From Thermoproteota archaeon (lineage in GTDB: Archaea; Korarchaeota; Korarchaeia; Korarchaeales; Korarchaeaceae): a stretch of DNA of 29,072 nucleotides. Below, in pieces: positions 1 to 9,721 of the stretch; the first letter of the stretch is position 1; each line of letters begins with the position of its first letter. The stretch is taken from contig JAVCBY010000076.1 in assembly GCA_037917625.1 (NCBI GenBank), positions 1 through 29,072 of the forward strand, written 5' to 3'. The notes under the pieces are model-generated. The model did not search any database. It saw nothing but the letters and a program-made list of their open reading frames with translations, and had not been told where the DNA came from. A program made the position numbers and the translations under genes.

Positions 1-141
1 AATCAATTCTCAGAATCCAATCTCTTCACTTACATGCAGAGCACTCTTTACGCCGGGGGATTTGTTCTGCTCATCATAGGAGCTCTCCTCAGCGCTTTAG
101 CTCTCTTAATGATGAGGAAGGTGAGGAAATTATATGGTTGA
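1..141 (+). CDS. pstC: Phosphate ABC transporter permease PstC, C-terminal fragment (5' truncated by window)
   Basis: Frame 1 reads NQFSESNLFTYMQSTLYAGGFVLLIIGALLSALALLMMRKVRKLYG* (TGA 139-141). It resembles the last TM helix of PstC and overlaps the pstA start. Confidence 0.8.
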   Translation, partial: NQFSESNLFTYMQSTLYAGGFVLLIIGALLSALALLMMRKVRKLYG

Positions 142-976
142 ACTGAGGGAAGTGAAGGAGAAGCTCTTCTTAATAACTTCCTTATTACTAGCGGTATTAG
201 CGATACTCCCGATATTCCATATACTCCTCTCGATCTTCTACAGAGGGCTGCCCGTCCTGATCTCAGCGGGAGCTAGTTTCTTGGTGGATCCCCCTCCCCC
301 TCCGGGAAGGGGACTCGGTGGGATAGGACCCTCCTTAGTAGGTACTTTCATGCTAGCATTCATATCTTCCCTAATAGGAGTCCCCCTCTCCTTCTTTTCA
401 GCTCTATTTGCTGTCGAGTTCCCGGATAACATAATATCTAGAGGAGTCAGGATCTTGAGCAAAGCCCTCCTTCAGATACCATCTATCTTAGTTGGGATGC
501 TCGTATATACGATCATGGTAGTTCCCATGGGTAAATTCTCAATGCTAGCTGGCTCCCTCGCTTTAGCTATAATGATGATCCCTTACGTGACTACATACGT
601 TGAGGAAGCTCTGGAAAATGTACCGAAAACTTACAGGGAGGCTGGATATGCATTGGGGCTCTCGAGGACGAAAGTGGTATTTAAGATAAGCGTGAGTATA
701 GCTAAGAGGGGTATACTCACGGGGATATTGATGGGATTCGCGAAAGTTACTGGGGAAACGGCTCCTCTCCTCTTCACGGTCGGGAAGCAGAGGCAGTTAA
801 TATCGATAGATCCCCTCGGCTACACAGACTCAATATCCCTGCTAATATTCGACTTCATACAGACCCCTTACGATAACTGGCACAAAGTAGCTTGGGGTTC
901 AGCCACGATCCTCACATCAATATTCCTCTTGATATTCCTCGCCACGAGGAGTTTGACTAAGAGGGTGGTTTTATGA
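134..976 (+). CDS. pstA: Phosphate ABC transporter permease PstA
   Basis: Multi-TM protein with GGIGPSLVGT, IPSILVG, EAA loop (YREAGYALG) and GETAPLLFT motifs; overlaps pstB by ATGA. Confidence 0.93.
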   Translation: MVELREVKEKLFLITSLLLAVLAILPIFHILLSIFYRGLPVLISAGASFLVDPPPPPGRGLGGIGPSLVGTFMLAFISSLIGVPLSFFSALFAVEFPDNIISRGVRILSKALLQIPSILVGMLVYTIMVVPMGKFSMLAGSLALAIMMIPYVTTYVEEALENVPKTYREAGYALGLSRTKVVFKISVSIAKRGILTGILMGFAKVTGETAPLLFTVGKQRQLISIDPLGYTDSISLLIFDFIQTPYDNWHKVAWGSATILTSIFLLIFLATRSLTKRVVL

Positions 977-1734
977 GGAGAATCGCCCTATCTATAAGAG
1001 ATCTAACGGTAAAAATTGGGGGAAAGGAGATATTGAAGGGGATAAATATTGAGATCCCGGAGAGGAGGATATTAGCTGTCATGGGGCCTTCCGGTTCCGG
1101 TAAGTCCACGCTACTTAGGGCGATAAATAGGCTGCTAGATCTAGTCCCGGGATGTGAAGTGAGCGGGAGAGTTAAGATATACGATACTGAAGTTTACTCA
1201 TCGGACCCATACAAAGTTAGGAAGCTCACGGGCATGGTCTTCCAAGTCCCCAATCCATTCCCGAACATGAGCATATATGATAACGTCGCTATAGGCCCTA
1301 AGATGAATGGGCTCGTGAAGGATAAGAAGGAGCTAGATGATCTCGTCAGGTGGGCTCTTGAGAGAGCGATGCTCTGGGATGAAGTCAAGGACAGGCTCAA
1401 GGATCCTCCAAATAAGTTGAGCGGTGGGCAGCAGCAGAGGCTCTGCTTAGCTAGAGCTTTAGCATTGAGGCCGAAGCTCTTACTCTTAGATGAGCCCACA
1501 GCTAACGTCGATCCTATAAACGCCTCTAAGATAGAGGAAGCATTGAGGGAGCTAGTCGAGAGCCACGATATAACGGTAGTATTCGTCACGCACACTCCTT
1601 ATCAAGCTGTGAGAATCTCAGATTATGTGGCATTCCTCTACATGGGGGAGTTAGTGGAGTTCGGAATGACTCAGGAGATAGCTTTAAACCCGAAGCATGA
1701 GCTGACCGCGAGGTTCCTCAAGGGGGAAGCCTGA
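973..1734 (+). CDS. pstB: Phosphate ABC transporter ATP-binding protein PstB
   Basis: Walker A GPSGSGKST, GMVFQVPNPFP, signature LSGGQQQRLCLARAL, Walker B LLLLDEP, H-loop VTH. Confidence 0.95.
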   Translation: MRRIALSIRDLTVKIGGKEILKGINIEIPERRILAVMGPSGSGKSTLLRAINRLLDLVPGCEVSGRVKIYDTEVYSSDPYKVRKLTGMVFQVPNPFPNMSIYDNVAIGPKMNGLVKDKKELDDLVRWALERAMLWDEVKDRLKDPPNKLSGGQQQRLCLARALALRPKLLLLDEPTANVDPINASKIEEALRELVESHDITVVFVTHTPYQAVRISDYVAFLYMGELVEFGMTQEIALNPKHELTARFLKGEA

Positions 1735-1761
1735 TATCCTTAAGGAAAATTTGAGAAAAGG

Positions 1762-4407
1762 TTAGTAAATGGGGAACTCAACTCCCCTCTCCTTGAGGGC
1801 TGCGTGAGCAGCAGCTAGCCTCGCTACTGGAACCCTGAAAGCGGATGCGCTTACATAATCGAGCTTTATCTCATGACAGAACTCTATGCTCCTCGGATCC
1901 CCTCCATGCTCCCCGCATATCCCTATCTCGAGATTGGGATTCGCAGCTCTACCTCTCTCAACAGCTATCCTCATCAGCTCCCCCACCCCTTCAGTGTCTA
2001 ACGTCTGGAAGACGTCGAAATCGAGTATCCCTTTCTCTAAGTAATCGTGCATGAACTTATTCTCGACGTCATCCCTGCTGAAAGTGAATACCCCTTGAGT
2101 TAAGTCATTAGTCCCGAAGCTGAAGAAATCAGTCTCCTTAGCTATCTTATCAGCAGTTATGCAAGCTCTCACGACTTCTATCATAGTCCCAACTGGCATC
2201 CTGACCCCATACTCCTTGAAAACTGGCTCTATAGCTTTCTCCTTCACGTACTTTATCTCCCTATAATCTGAGACTTGAGGTATCATTATCTGGACTTGCA
2301 GATCCTTCCCCTCATTTCTAAGTTGTAGATATGCCTCAACTATAGCTCTAACTTGAGCTTCATATATCTCAGGGTACGTCACCCCTACCCTCACACCTCT
2401 GTGTCCCATCATTGGATTAGCTTCCCTTAACTCCCTGACCCTCTTCAAGAGGGATTCGAGCTTGCTCACCTCATCTGATCCCCTCATCCTAGCTTCGCAT
2501 AGTTTCTCCAAGAGCTCATCTGAGCTCGGGAGGAACTCATGGAGTGGGGGATCGAAGAGCCTGACTGTTACCTTCAGCCCTTCCATAACCCTGAATATCT
2601 CCAGGAAGTCCTCTCTCAGGAACGGGACTAACTTATTCATAGCTTCCCTCCTCTCCTCACTATCCCTAGCCATTATGACTTGCTGGAATATTGAGAGCCT
2701 CTCAGGCCTCCTGAACATCCTCTCAGTCCTCAAAAGCCCTATCCCCTCAGCCCCAAATCTCCTAGCTATTTCAGCATCCTCAGGCGTATCTGCGTTAGCT
2801 CTAACTCCCAAGCTCCTCACCTCATCAGCCATCCTCAATATCTCGAAGAACTCGTTGGGCAGCTCAGCCTTAGCTGTGGGTATCTCTCCCAAGTAGACCT
2901 TTCCAGTGAAGCCATCTATAGTTACAACGTCCCCCTCTCTAACAGTTATCCCGTCTACCCTGAACTCCCTCCTCTCATAGTCTATCTTTATCTTCTCAGC
3001 CCCCACTACAGCCGGCTTCCCTATAGCTCTAGCGACGACTGATGCATGGCTAGTCATACCTCCTCTGCTCGTCAATATACCCTCAGATGCGTAGAAACCA
3101 TGGACATCATCTGGCCTCGTCTCCTCCCTCACTAATATGACCCTCTCACCCCTGTTCCTCCACTCCACAGCGGTATCGGCGTCAAACACCACTCTACCAG
3201 TAGCAGCTCCAGGGGACGCGTTTAGGCCCTCAGCTATAGGGCTTATCCCATGCTTCTTCAAGTAGGACTCATCGAGCCTTGGGTATAATAAGCCTATTAT
3301 ATGCTCTGGCTTCACTCTAGCTAAAGCTTCCTCCTTAGTTATGAGCCCCTCCTTGTACATATCCACTACAGTCTTAACTCTAGCTAGAGGGGTCATCTTA
3401 GCGTTCCTAGTTTGTAAGAGGAATACCTTCCCTCTCTCAATCGTGAACTCTATGTCCTGGACTTCCTTCTTCACTCTCTCTAGTTTCTTAGCCATATCAT
3501 ATATCTGCTCGTATAGATCAGGCCTCTCATTCTTCAGTTCCTCTATGCTCTTCGGGGTCCTTATCCCAGCGACTACATCCTCACCTTGAGCGTTAGGGAG
3601 GAACTCACCGTAAAGAATATTCTCGCCAGTAGCTGGGTCCCTCGTGAATAGAACTCCAGTCCCTGAATCGAAGCCCATGTTACCGAAGACCATCGTCACT
3701 ATACTGACAGCAGTACCATCGGCGATATCTGGAGTTATGTTATTAGCCTTCCTGTAGAATACAGCCCTCGGGGAGTTCCAAGATCTGAATACTGCCATTA
3801 TTGCTAGCTCTAATTGTTTCCATGGATCCTGAGGGAACTTATCGCCTAACACCTCCTTAAATCTTCTGACCACTTCCTTCAGATCATCCGCACTGAGATC
3901 CGAATCGTATTTAGCTCCCCTCTCCCTCTTTATCTCCTCGAATATATCATCGAAGATCTTCTTCTCTATCCCCAGGACTATGCTACCGAACATCTGGAGG
4001 AATCTCCTGTAAGCATCGTAAGAGAACCTCTCATTTCCAGTCAGCTTGATCAATCCCCTCAGAGTATCGTCATTCAACCCCAGGTTCAAAACGGTATCCA
4101 TCATCCCCGGCATCGAAACTGGAGCCCCGCTCCTCACAGAGACTAGAAGTGGATTATTTGGATCTCCAAATTTCCTTCCAGTCCTCTCCTCGAGCCACCT
4201 CATCGCATCCCTCACTTCCTCCATTAAGCCATCCGGAAGCCTCTCACCATTCGAGTAGAATAGCCTGCATGCCTCCGTAGTTATCGTTATCCCAGGAGGT
4301 ACGGGGAGCCCCTGCTTATACATTAGGACTAAGCCAGCGCCCTTACCTCCTAATAACTTGACATCCTTAGGGTCTGACTCATCGTAAGTATAGACGAGCT
4401 TCCTCAT
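1762..4407 (-). CDS. ppdK: Pyruvate, phosphate dikinase
   Basis: LGGKG, PLLVSVRSGAPVSMPGMMDTVLNLG, NAQGEDVVAGIRTP, phospho-His motif GGMTSHA, GIGLLRTE, SFGTNDLTQ, GICGEHGGDP; 881 aa. Confidence 0.97.
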   Translation of the reverse strand: MRKLVYTYDESDPKDVKLLGGKGAGLVLMYKQGLPVPPGITITTEACRLFYSNGERLPDGLMEEVRDAMRWLEERTGRKFGDPNNPLLVSVRSGAPVSMPGMMDTVLNLGLNDDTLRGLIKLTGNERFSYDAYRRFLQMFGSIVLGIEKKIFDDIFEEIKRERGAKYDSDLSADDLKEVVRRFKEVLGDKFPQDPWKQLELAIMAVFRSWNSPRAVFYRKANNITPDIADGTAVSIVTMVFGNMGFDSGTGVLFTRDPATGENILYGEFLPNAQGEDVVAGIRTPKSIEELKNERPDLYEQIYDMAKKLERVKKEVQDIEFTIERGKVFLLQTRNAKMTPLARVKTVVDMYKEGLITKEEALARVKPEHIIGLLYPRLDESYLKKHGISPIAEGLNASPGAATGRVVFDADTAVEWRNRGERVILVREETRPDDVHGFYASEGILTSRGGMTSHASVVARAIGKPAVVGAEKIKIDYERREFRVDGITVREGDVVTIDGFTGKVYLGEIPTAKAELPNEFFEILRMADEVRSLGVRANADTPEDAEIARRFGAEGIGLLRTERMFRRPERLSIFQQVIMARDSEERREAMNKLVPFLREDFLEIFRVMEGLKVTVRLFDPPLHEFLPSSDELLEKLCEARMRGSDEVSKLESLLKRVRELREANPMMGHRGVRVGVTYPEIYEAQVRAIVEAYLQLRNEGKDLQVQIMIPQVSDYREIKYVKEKAIEPVFKEYGVRMPVGTMIEVVRACITADKIAKETDFFSFGTNDLTQGVFTFSRDDVENKFMHDYLEKGILDFDVFQTLDTEGVGELMRIAVERGRAANPNLEIGICGEHGGDPRSIEFCHEIKLDYVSASAFRVPVARLAAAHAALKERGVEFPIY

Positions 4408-4475
4408 ATATATCCTGCGATCTTGGGGGTAAATTCCCTAATTACTTTTTCTGAGATTTCATATGCATAAAATAT

Positions 4476-4492
4476 GGGGGATGACATCCCCC
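4476..4492. promoter_or_regulatory. Perfect 8-1-8 inverted repeat upstream of the ppdK promoter; candidate operator
   Basis: GGGGGATG-A-CATCCCCC in the pfpI-ppdK intergenic region, upstream of a BRE/TATA-like GAAAAAGTAATTA on the minus strand (~4439-4451). Confidence 0.4.
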
Positions 4493-4523
4493 TCCGAGAC
4501 CCCTCATATAAAATAGAGTTGGC

Positions 4524-5087
4524 TCATCTCTCCTTGAGGATCCTTATGAACTCCTTCATCCAGTGAGGTAGATCCGGCCAGGCCCTAGCTGTGACTATGT
4601 GACCTCTGCATATCACTACTTCCTTATCGTGCCAATTAGCTCCATGAGCCTTTAGATCTGGAGCGACTGCTGCATAAGATGTGACATTCATGCCGGGTTC
4701 TACGAGCTTATAACCAGTGAGGACCAGTGGACCATGGCATATAGCGGCCAAAGGTTTCCTATTCTCCATGAAATGCCTCACTATCCTCTCTAAATCCTCA
4801 TTAAGTCTGATGTACTCAGGCGCCCTGCCTCCAGGTATCACTAAACCATCGTACTCCTCGGGATTCACCTCCTTGAACTCTTTATCCACCCAAGCGAACC
4901 TATACCCCGGTTTCTCCGTATAAGTCTCCCATCCTGGCTCGAAGTCATGTACAACAGTCATAAGAACTTTCTTAGTTGGCGCAGCTACATGAACTTCGAA
5001 GCCCTCCTCCTTCAACCTCCAATACGGGTAAAAAAGCTCTTGGGCTTCGACAGCATCACCAGCTACTATCAATACCCTCTTGGCCAT
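4524..5087 (-). CDS. pfpI: DJ-1/PfpI family protein (intracellular protease/deglycase)
   Basis: Conserved Glu (EAQE), VHDFE, YDGLVIPGGRAPEYIR and nucleophile elbow AAICHG. Confidence 0.92.
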   Translation of the reverse strand: MAKRVLIVAGDAVEAQELFYPYWRLKEEGFEVHVAAPTKKVLMTVVHDFEPGWETYTEKPGYRFAWVDKEFKEVNPEEYDGLVIPGGRAPEYIRLNEDLERIVRHFMENRKPLAAICHGPLVLTGYKLVEPGMNVTSYAAVAPDLKAHGANWHDKEVVICRGHIVTARAWPDLPHWMKEFIRILKER

Positions 5088-5180
5088 AATGTCACCAAGT
5101 GATAACGCTAGTGAATAATAAAAATATTGCGGTTCCCCTCAGTTAAAAAATATAAAAAAGAGGGAATTTGGAGGTTGCGT

Positions 5181-6668
5181 TCACCAGAGCTTGAAGGTGA
5201 CTCCCAGGTAAAGCACGAAGGAGTAAGTGAAGAATATCGCGCTTATCAACAGGAATATGAAGACGATCCAAGAGGGCCTCACCATCTTCCCGGCTGGATG
5301 TATCTTTGGCAGCATCACGAAGTTCTGGTAGAAGAAGACCCACGTGAATATCACCATTATCAGCATGTTCGTCACGCCGGTCGCTAGGACCAATACGCCT
5401 GGCTGCTCTAACAGGACGGTTATCATCCCAATTACTGTGAATATAGTTACGACCCAGTAGTATATCTTACGGTACTCGATTTTCTCAGGTATCCCTGATA
5501 CTGTGTATAAGTTGCTAGCTACAACCCTTCCAGCTCCATCCAACGCAGTTATATATGCATCGACGAGGAAGAAGAAGCCCACTATGTACATTATACCCCT
5601 TCCCACATCTCCCCAGAGGTGGCCGAGCCACTCAGCTTGATACACCACTAACTTGAATCCAGATGGGAGCTTCCCCGTCGCTAGATACTCAGGCCTGAGG
5701 ACTGCGTAAGTGAGGAGGCTCGTCAGTACTATAGTGATGGTGTTGAGCAACACTCCTATCAAGTTCTCCACCCACTGCCAGGTCATCCACTTCTTCCAGT
5801 TCTCATGCACCTCTGAACTCGCTGTGAAAGCGACTCCGACGCCTGGAATGGGCTCCGGCTCCCCCGTCACGGGGCTGGTCACACGTCCTATGTGAGCTGC
5901 CATAGCGGCGTTCTTATCCCTGACCCAGTAACTGTAGAGGAGGTTCCAGAAACCGCCGGCCCCGGTATAAGCTATCAACGTGATGAATACGTTCATATCC
6001 TTCGGATCGAAGTTCGGAGGTAGCATGTTGAAACCGCTAGCGTACCAAGGAATTAGGGCAGGGAAGAACTCACCAAAAACTTTTGCGACAACTGGCGAGA
6101 GGAGAACTGCGATGAGCATACCTCCGAATGAGACGAAAGCCGCTATAACCTCGACGTATTCCACTACCTTGTAAGCGACGGGCCCCAGTATGAATACTAT
6201 CCATACCACGATTATAGCTATCTCAGCCCAGAACCTAGTCTGCCCAGCGGCGTCCCAACCAGCTGGGAAGTTAGTTAAAGCTGCTAGAGCGGTAGCGCCG
6301 CTTGAAACATATCCTCCCACCCAAAGCATGACTATCATGGACATTATGAACATGGCCCATCCGTATATCCTGTGGACCCTGTGGAAGCCCTCGAATATCC
6401 CCTCACCAGTAGCCATAGTGTACCTAGCTATCTCCAAGTTTATCCAGTACTGGAGGCTCGCGTAGAATATGAGCCAGCTGAGGAAGAACACTCCGTACTT
6501 AGCTATCATATAGGGCCACCATATGAGCTCCCCGCTCCCCTGAGAGAGCCCAGCCCAGACTATACCGGGCCCTATCATAGCAGCGTATCCCGGGAACTTC
6601 GGTAGATCCTTGATATCGAAGGGCTTCTTGAACCTCCCTAGAATCAGGCTCTCCCCCATGGTCATCAC
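5181..6668 (-). CDS. Nramp-like (APC superfamily) secondary transporter, substrate unknown
   Basis: About 11 hydrophobic segments; GPGIVWAGLSQGSGELIWWP in TM1, EIARYTMATGE and AYTGAGGFWNLLYSYWVRDK match the Nramp-like family pattern. Confidence 0.7.
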   Translation of the reverse strand: MMTMGESLILGRFKKPFDIKDLPKFPGYAAMIGPGIVWAGLSQGSGELIWWPYMIAKYGVFFLSWLIFYASLQYWINLEIARYTMATGEGIFEGFHRVHRIYGWAMFIMSMIVMLWVGGYVSSGATALAALTNFPAGWDAAGQTRFWAEIAIIVVWIVFILGPVAYKVVEYVEVIAAFVSFGGMLIAVLLSPVVAKVFGEFFPALIPWYASGFNMLPPNFDPKDMNVFITLIAYTGAGGFWNLLYSYWVRDKNAAMAAHIGRVTSPVTGEPEPIPGVGVAFTASSEVHENWKKWMTWQWVENLIGVLLNTITIVLTSLLTYAVLRPEYLATGKLPSGFKLVVYQAEWLGHLWGDVGRGIMYIVGFFFLVDAYITALDGAGRVVASNLYTVSGIPEKIEYRKIYYWVVTIFTVIGMITVLLEQPGVLVLATGVTNMLIMVIFTWVFFYQNFVMLPKIHPAGKMVRPSWIVFIFLLISAIFFTYSFVLYLGVTFKLW

Positions 6669-6785
6669 CTTTGTGACTGCAAAGATGAGGGGTTTTTAAT
6701 ATAAGCTTTTCGTTCTACTCTTGACGAAGTTTGACAGCATAACTCCACACAGAAATTTTTTATTTTTATTTACCCTGAGAGTCAT

Positions 6786-7127
6786 ATGTTCAAGATGCTC
6801 AGGGGAGAGGAAGCCAAAGTCGTGGAGACGTGGCCGGGGATCAAGAGGAAGACGCTAGCATTGGGGGAGAGGACTCTCCTCCTAGAGGTGAACTTGAGGG
6901 CTGGAGCTATCTCAAAAGCTCACTCCCATGAGAATGAGCAGATAGGTTATGTAGTCAGGGGGAAGATAAAGATCAGGATAGGCGAGGAAGTGCACTATTT
7001 GAGCCAAGGGGATGCTTACGTAATCCCTGGGAACGTCGACCATGAGACGGAGGCGATAGAAGATTCCTTAGTTGTGGAGGTATTCTCCCCTCCCCATGAG
7101 TTATTCAAGAAGGATCTGGAGGTGTGA
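6786..7127 (+). CDS. Cupin domain protein (KdgF-like)
   Basis: Cupin motifs HSHENEQIGYV and GDAYVIPGNVDH; ends VFSPP. Confidence 0.85.
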   Translation: MFKMLRGEEAKVVETWPGIKRKTLALGERTLLLEVNLRAGAISKAHSHENEQIGYVVRGKIKIRIGEEVHYLSQGDAYVIPGNVDHETEAIEDSLVVEVFSPPHELFKKDLEV

Positions 7128-7531
7128 TCATGCCCAAGTATGTGGTCAAGCCGGATGAGATCGTAGGAGGGGCTCCGATGGAGAGGAAGAATGTGAGGGA
7201 TCTAAAAGTAATTTACCCGGAGACAGTGGATCCCCCGCCCAAGTCCTTGATATTGGGGGTAGTTGAGGTGGATCCAGGGAATCATACTCCCCTGCATAGG
7301 CATAAGTGCGAGGAAGTCTATTACATACTGGAAGGGGAGGGAGAAGTCGAGATAGAGGGGGAGAGGTACGAGATCAAGAAAGGTTACGGGGTCTTCCTGC
7401 CGGAAGGCGTGAGACACAGAGTGTTCAACAAGGGAGAGAGCGTTTTGAGATATGTTGTCGTCGGAGGGATAATGTTCGTCCCCCTGATACCTAAGTGGCC
7501 CACGGAATCACCCTACGAGATAATGGAGTAG
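7124..7531 (+). CDS. Cupin domain protein
   Basis: HRHKCEEVYYILEGEG and FLPEGVRH; GTGA overlap with the upstream cupin. Confidence 0.85.
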   Translation: MIMPKYVVKPDEIVGGAPMERKNVRDLKVIYPETVDPPPKSLILGVVEVDPGNHTPLHRHKCEEVYYILEGEGEVEIEGERYEIKKGYGVFLPEGVRHRVFNKGESVLRYVVVGGIMFVPLIPKWPTESPYEIME

Positions 7532-7553
7532 TTTTTGAGGAGGGTTCCCTCAT

Positions 7554-8027
7554 ATGCTCAGGCCTCCCCCTAAGTTCGTTTACGTGAGATGGATAGGACT
7601 ATTAGCTACATTAATCCCCATGTCAGCGCTCCTAATAATATACTTATTCTCCCCAGCCCCTCTGGAGGGCCTCCTCTACTCTATCGCGGTCATCGCTCCT
7701 CTCCTCTTCTTCTCTTACTATTTAGATCTCATAATGAGGCTCATACCCATGCCCGAGAGGATAAAGCACCCCTTTCTTAAGGTCTGGATATCTTGGATAA
7801 TAGCTTTCCCCATAGCCAGGCTCGGGATATCCGAGCCCATCATAGCTAAGCTCATAGGCAGCACTATTATCTTTGATGGGGGAGCAATATTTGCGAGAGC
7901 ACTATTTGCCATGCTCTTCTTGGGGGCTATATATGGCGTCTTCTTCTACACAGCTTACATGGTGCTGTTCAGGATCTACGTCAGGAGGAAGTTGAGCAAG
8001 GGAGCACTACCGGAGGAATTCTACTGA
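7554..8027 (+). CDS. Hypothetical membrane protein (~4 TM)
   Basis: Four hydrophobic segments, GAGGAGG RBS upstream, host-like codons; 3' end overlaps the convergent ilvD. Confidence 0.7.
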   Translation: MLRPPPKFVYVRWIGLLATLIPMSALLIIYLFSPAPLEGLLYSIAVIAPLLFFSYYLDLIMRLIPMPERIKHPFLKVWISWIIAFPIARLGISEPIIAKLIGSTIIFDGGAIFARALFAMLFLGAIYGVFFYTAYMVLFRIYVRRKLSKGALPEEFY

Positions 8028-9685
8028 TATCTTAGGATAGCTCCCCTATCAGCTGACTCAGCTAGAGCTGAGAATATCCTAAGGAATCCAGTTTCCTCCT
8101 TCTTTATAGGCTTCCAATTCTTCCTCCTCTCATTGAGCTCCTCCTCGCTCACTAATAGCTCCAGCTTCCTCCCCGGTATATCTATTAATATCTCATCTCC
8201 CTCCTCCACTAAAGCTATTGGACCCCCTTCAGCGGCCTCCGGGGAGACATGGCCTATAGCCGGTCCCCTAGTGGCTCCGGAGAATCTGCCATCAGTCACT
8301 AACGCGACTCTCCTCAGGCCCATCCCAGTTATCGTCGCAGTAGCTGTGAGCATCTCCCTCATCCCAGGCCCTCCCTTCGGGCCCTCGTACCTTATCACCA
8401 CTACATCCCCTTCCTCAATCCTCCCATCGAATAAAGCCTTTACAGCTTCCTCCTCAGAGTTGAAAGGCTTTGCTTTACCCTTGAAGACGTGCATCTCTGG
8501 ATCTACAGCTGTCTGCTTCACGACAGCGCCTCTAGGGGCTAAACTGCCCCAGAGGATCGCTAGACCACCTTCCCTATGATATGGGTCGCTCTTAGGCCTT
8601 ATGACATTCCTATCCTTAACCTCAACTCTCTCAATTATGCTCCTCCACTTCTCCCCCGAGACCGTCATAGTATCGAGGTTCATCATATCTGAGAGCTCCT
8701 TGAATATGGCTGGCACTCCACCAGCGTAATGTAGGTCCTTGACGTAATGAGGGCCAGCTGGATTTATGTTAGCTATGTGAGGGGTCTCCCTGCTTATCTT
8801 ATCGAATAATTCTAGAGGAAGCTCGATGCCAGCTTCCCTAGCTATCGCCATAAGATGTAAGACAGCATTAGTCGATCCTCCAAGAGCTACATCCACTCTT
8901 ATAGCGTTCTCAAATGCCTCATATGTCATTATATCCCTTGGCTTCAGCCCCATCTCGAGCATCTTCATGACCAACCTTCCAGCGATCCTCCCAGCCCTCA
9001 TCCTATCGGCTGATACTGCTGGCACGGTCGAAGTACCAGCGGGGATCATGCCCAGAGCTTCGCCGGCTATAGCCATCGTATTAGCTGTGTAAAGCCCTGC
9101 GCACGACCCTGGGCCTGGAACAGCTATAGATTCCATCCTTCTAAGCTCCTCCTCGCTCAACTTCCCTGAAGCGTATTGACCGACCGCTTCGAATAACTGG
9201 CTTATCGCGACTTCCTTCCCTTCATAGATCCCCGGGAGCATGCAGCCCCCGTTCACCATCACAGCCGGTATGTTAAGCCTAGCTGCGGCCATCAGCATTC
9301 CGGGGGTTATCTTATCGCATGAGCTTATTAGAACGAGAGCATCGAATGCATGAGCTTTAGCCATCAGCTCGACGCTCGCAGCTATGACTTCCCTACTCGG
9401 CAGGGGGGCTTTCATCCCCTCATGCCCCATAGCTATGCCATCGCAAATAGCTATGGTGTTGAACTCCAGTGGAGTACCTCCAGCCTCCCTTACCCCTTCC
9501 TTAACTGCTTTAGCTACTTTATCCAAGTGGACGTGCCCAGGCACTATCTCGTTCCAAGAATTAGCTATCCCTATTATCGGTCTCTTGAGATCCTCATCAT
9601 CCAGACCTGCTGCCTTGAACAAAGACCTCTGAGGGGCTCTCTCAGGTCCCTCAGTTACGTATTTGCTCCTCCACCTCACGTCCAT
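8021..9685 (-). CDS. ilvD: Dihydroxy-acid dehydratase
   Basis: ICDGIAMGHEGMK, CDKITPG, GSCAGLYTANTM, GGSTNAVLHL, RYEGPKGGPGMREML, TDGRFSG, GHVSPEAA. Confidence 0.96.
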   Translation of the reverse strand: MDVRWRSKYVTEGPERAPQRSLFKAAGLDDEDLKRPIIGIANSWNEIVPGHVHLDKVAKAVKEGVREAGGTPLEFNTIAICDGIAMGHEGMKAPLPSREVIAASVELMAKAHAFDALVLISSCDKITPGMLMAAARLNIPAVMVNGGCMLPGIYEGKEVAISQLFEAVGQYASGKLSEEELRRMESIAVPGPGSCAGLYTANTMAIAGEALGMIPAGTSTVPAVSADRMRAGRIAGRLVMKMLEMGLKPRDIMTYEAFENAIRVDVALGGSTNAVLHLMAIAREAGIELPLELFDKISRETPHIANINPAGPHYVKDLHYAGGVPAIFKELSDMMNLDTMTVSGEKWRSIIERVEVKDRNVIRPKSDPYHREGGLAILWGSLAPRGAVVKQTAVDPEMHVFKGKAKPFNSEEEAVKALFDGRIEEGDVVVIRYEGPKGGPGMREMLTATATITGMGLRRVALVTDGRFSGATRGPAIGHVSPEAAEGGPIALVEEGDEILIDIPGRKLELLVSEEELNERRKNWKPIKKEETGFLRIFSALAESADRGAILRYQ

Positions 9686-9721
9686 AAGATCTTAGGGGCG
9701 GGATAAAAATAAAAAGTATGC

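Noticed and set aside
5090-5104. TGTCAC-CAA-GTGATA resembling the Thermococcales TGM motif
   Set aside because: Spacer is 3 rather than 5 nt, and one arm is explained by the GGTGA ribosome-binding site of pfpI.
238-9706. Many 60-150 aa ORFs antisense to or nested in pstA/B, ppdK, pfpI, the transporter, cupins and ilvD
   Set aside because: Ser/Pro/Leu-rich shadows of well-supported genes with no motifs; the same applies to shadow ORFs over the ftsZ and isc genes.
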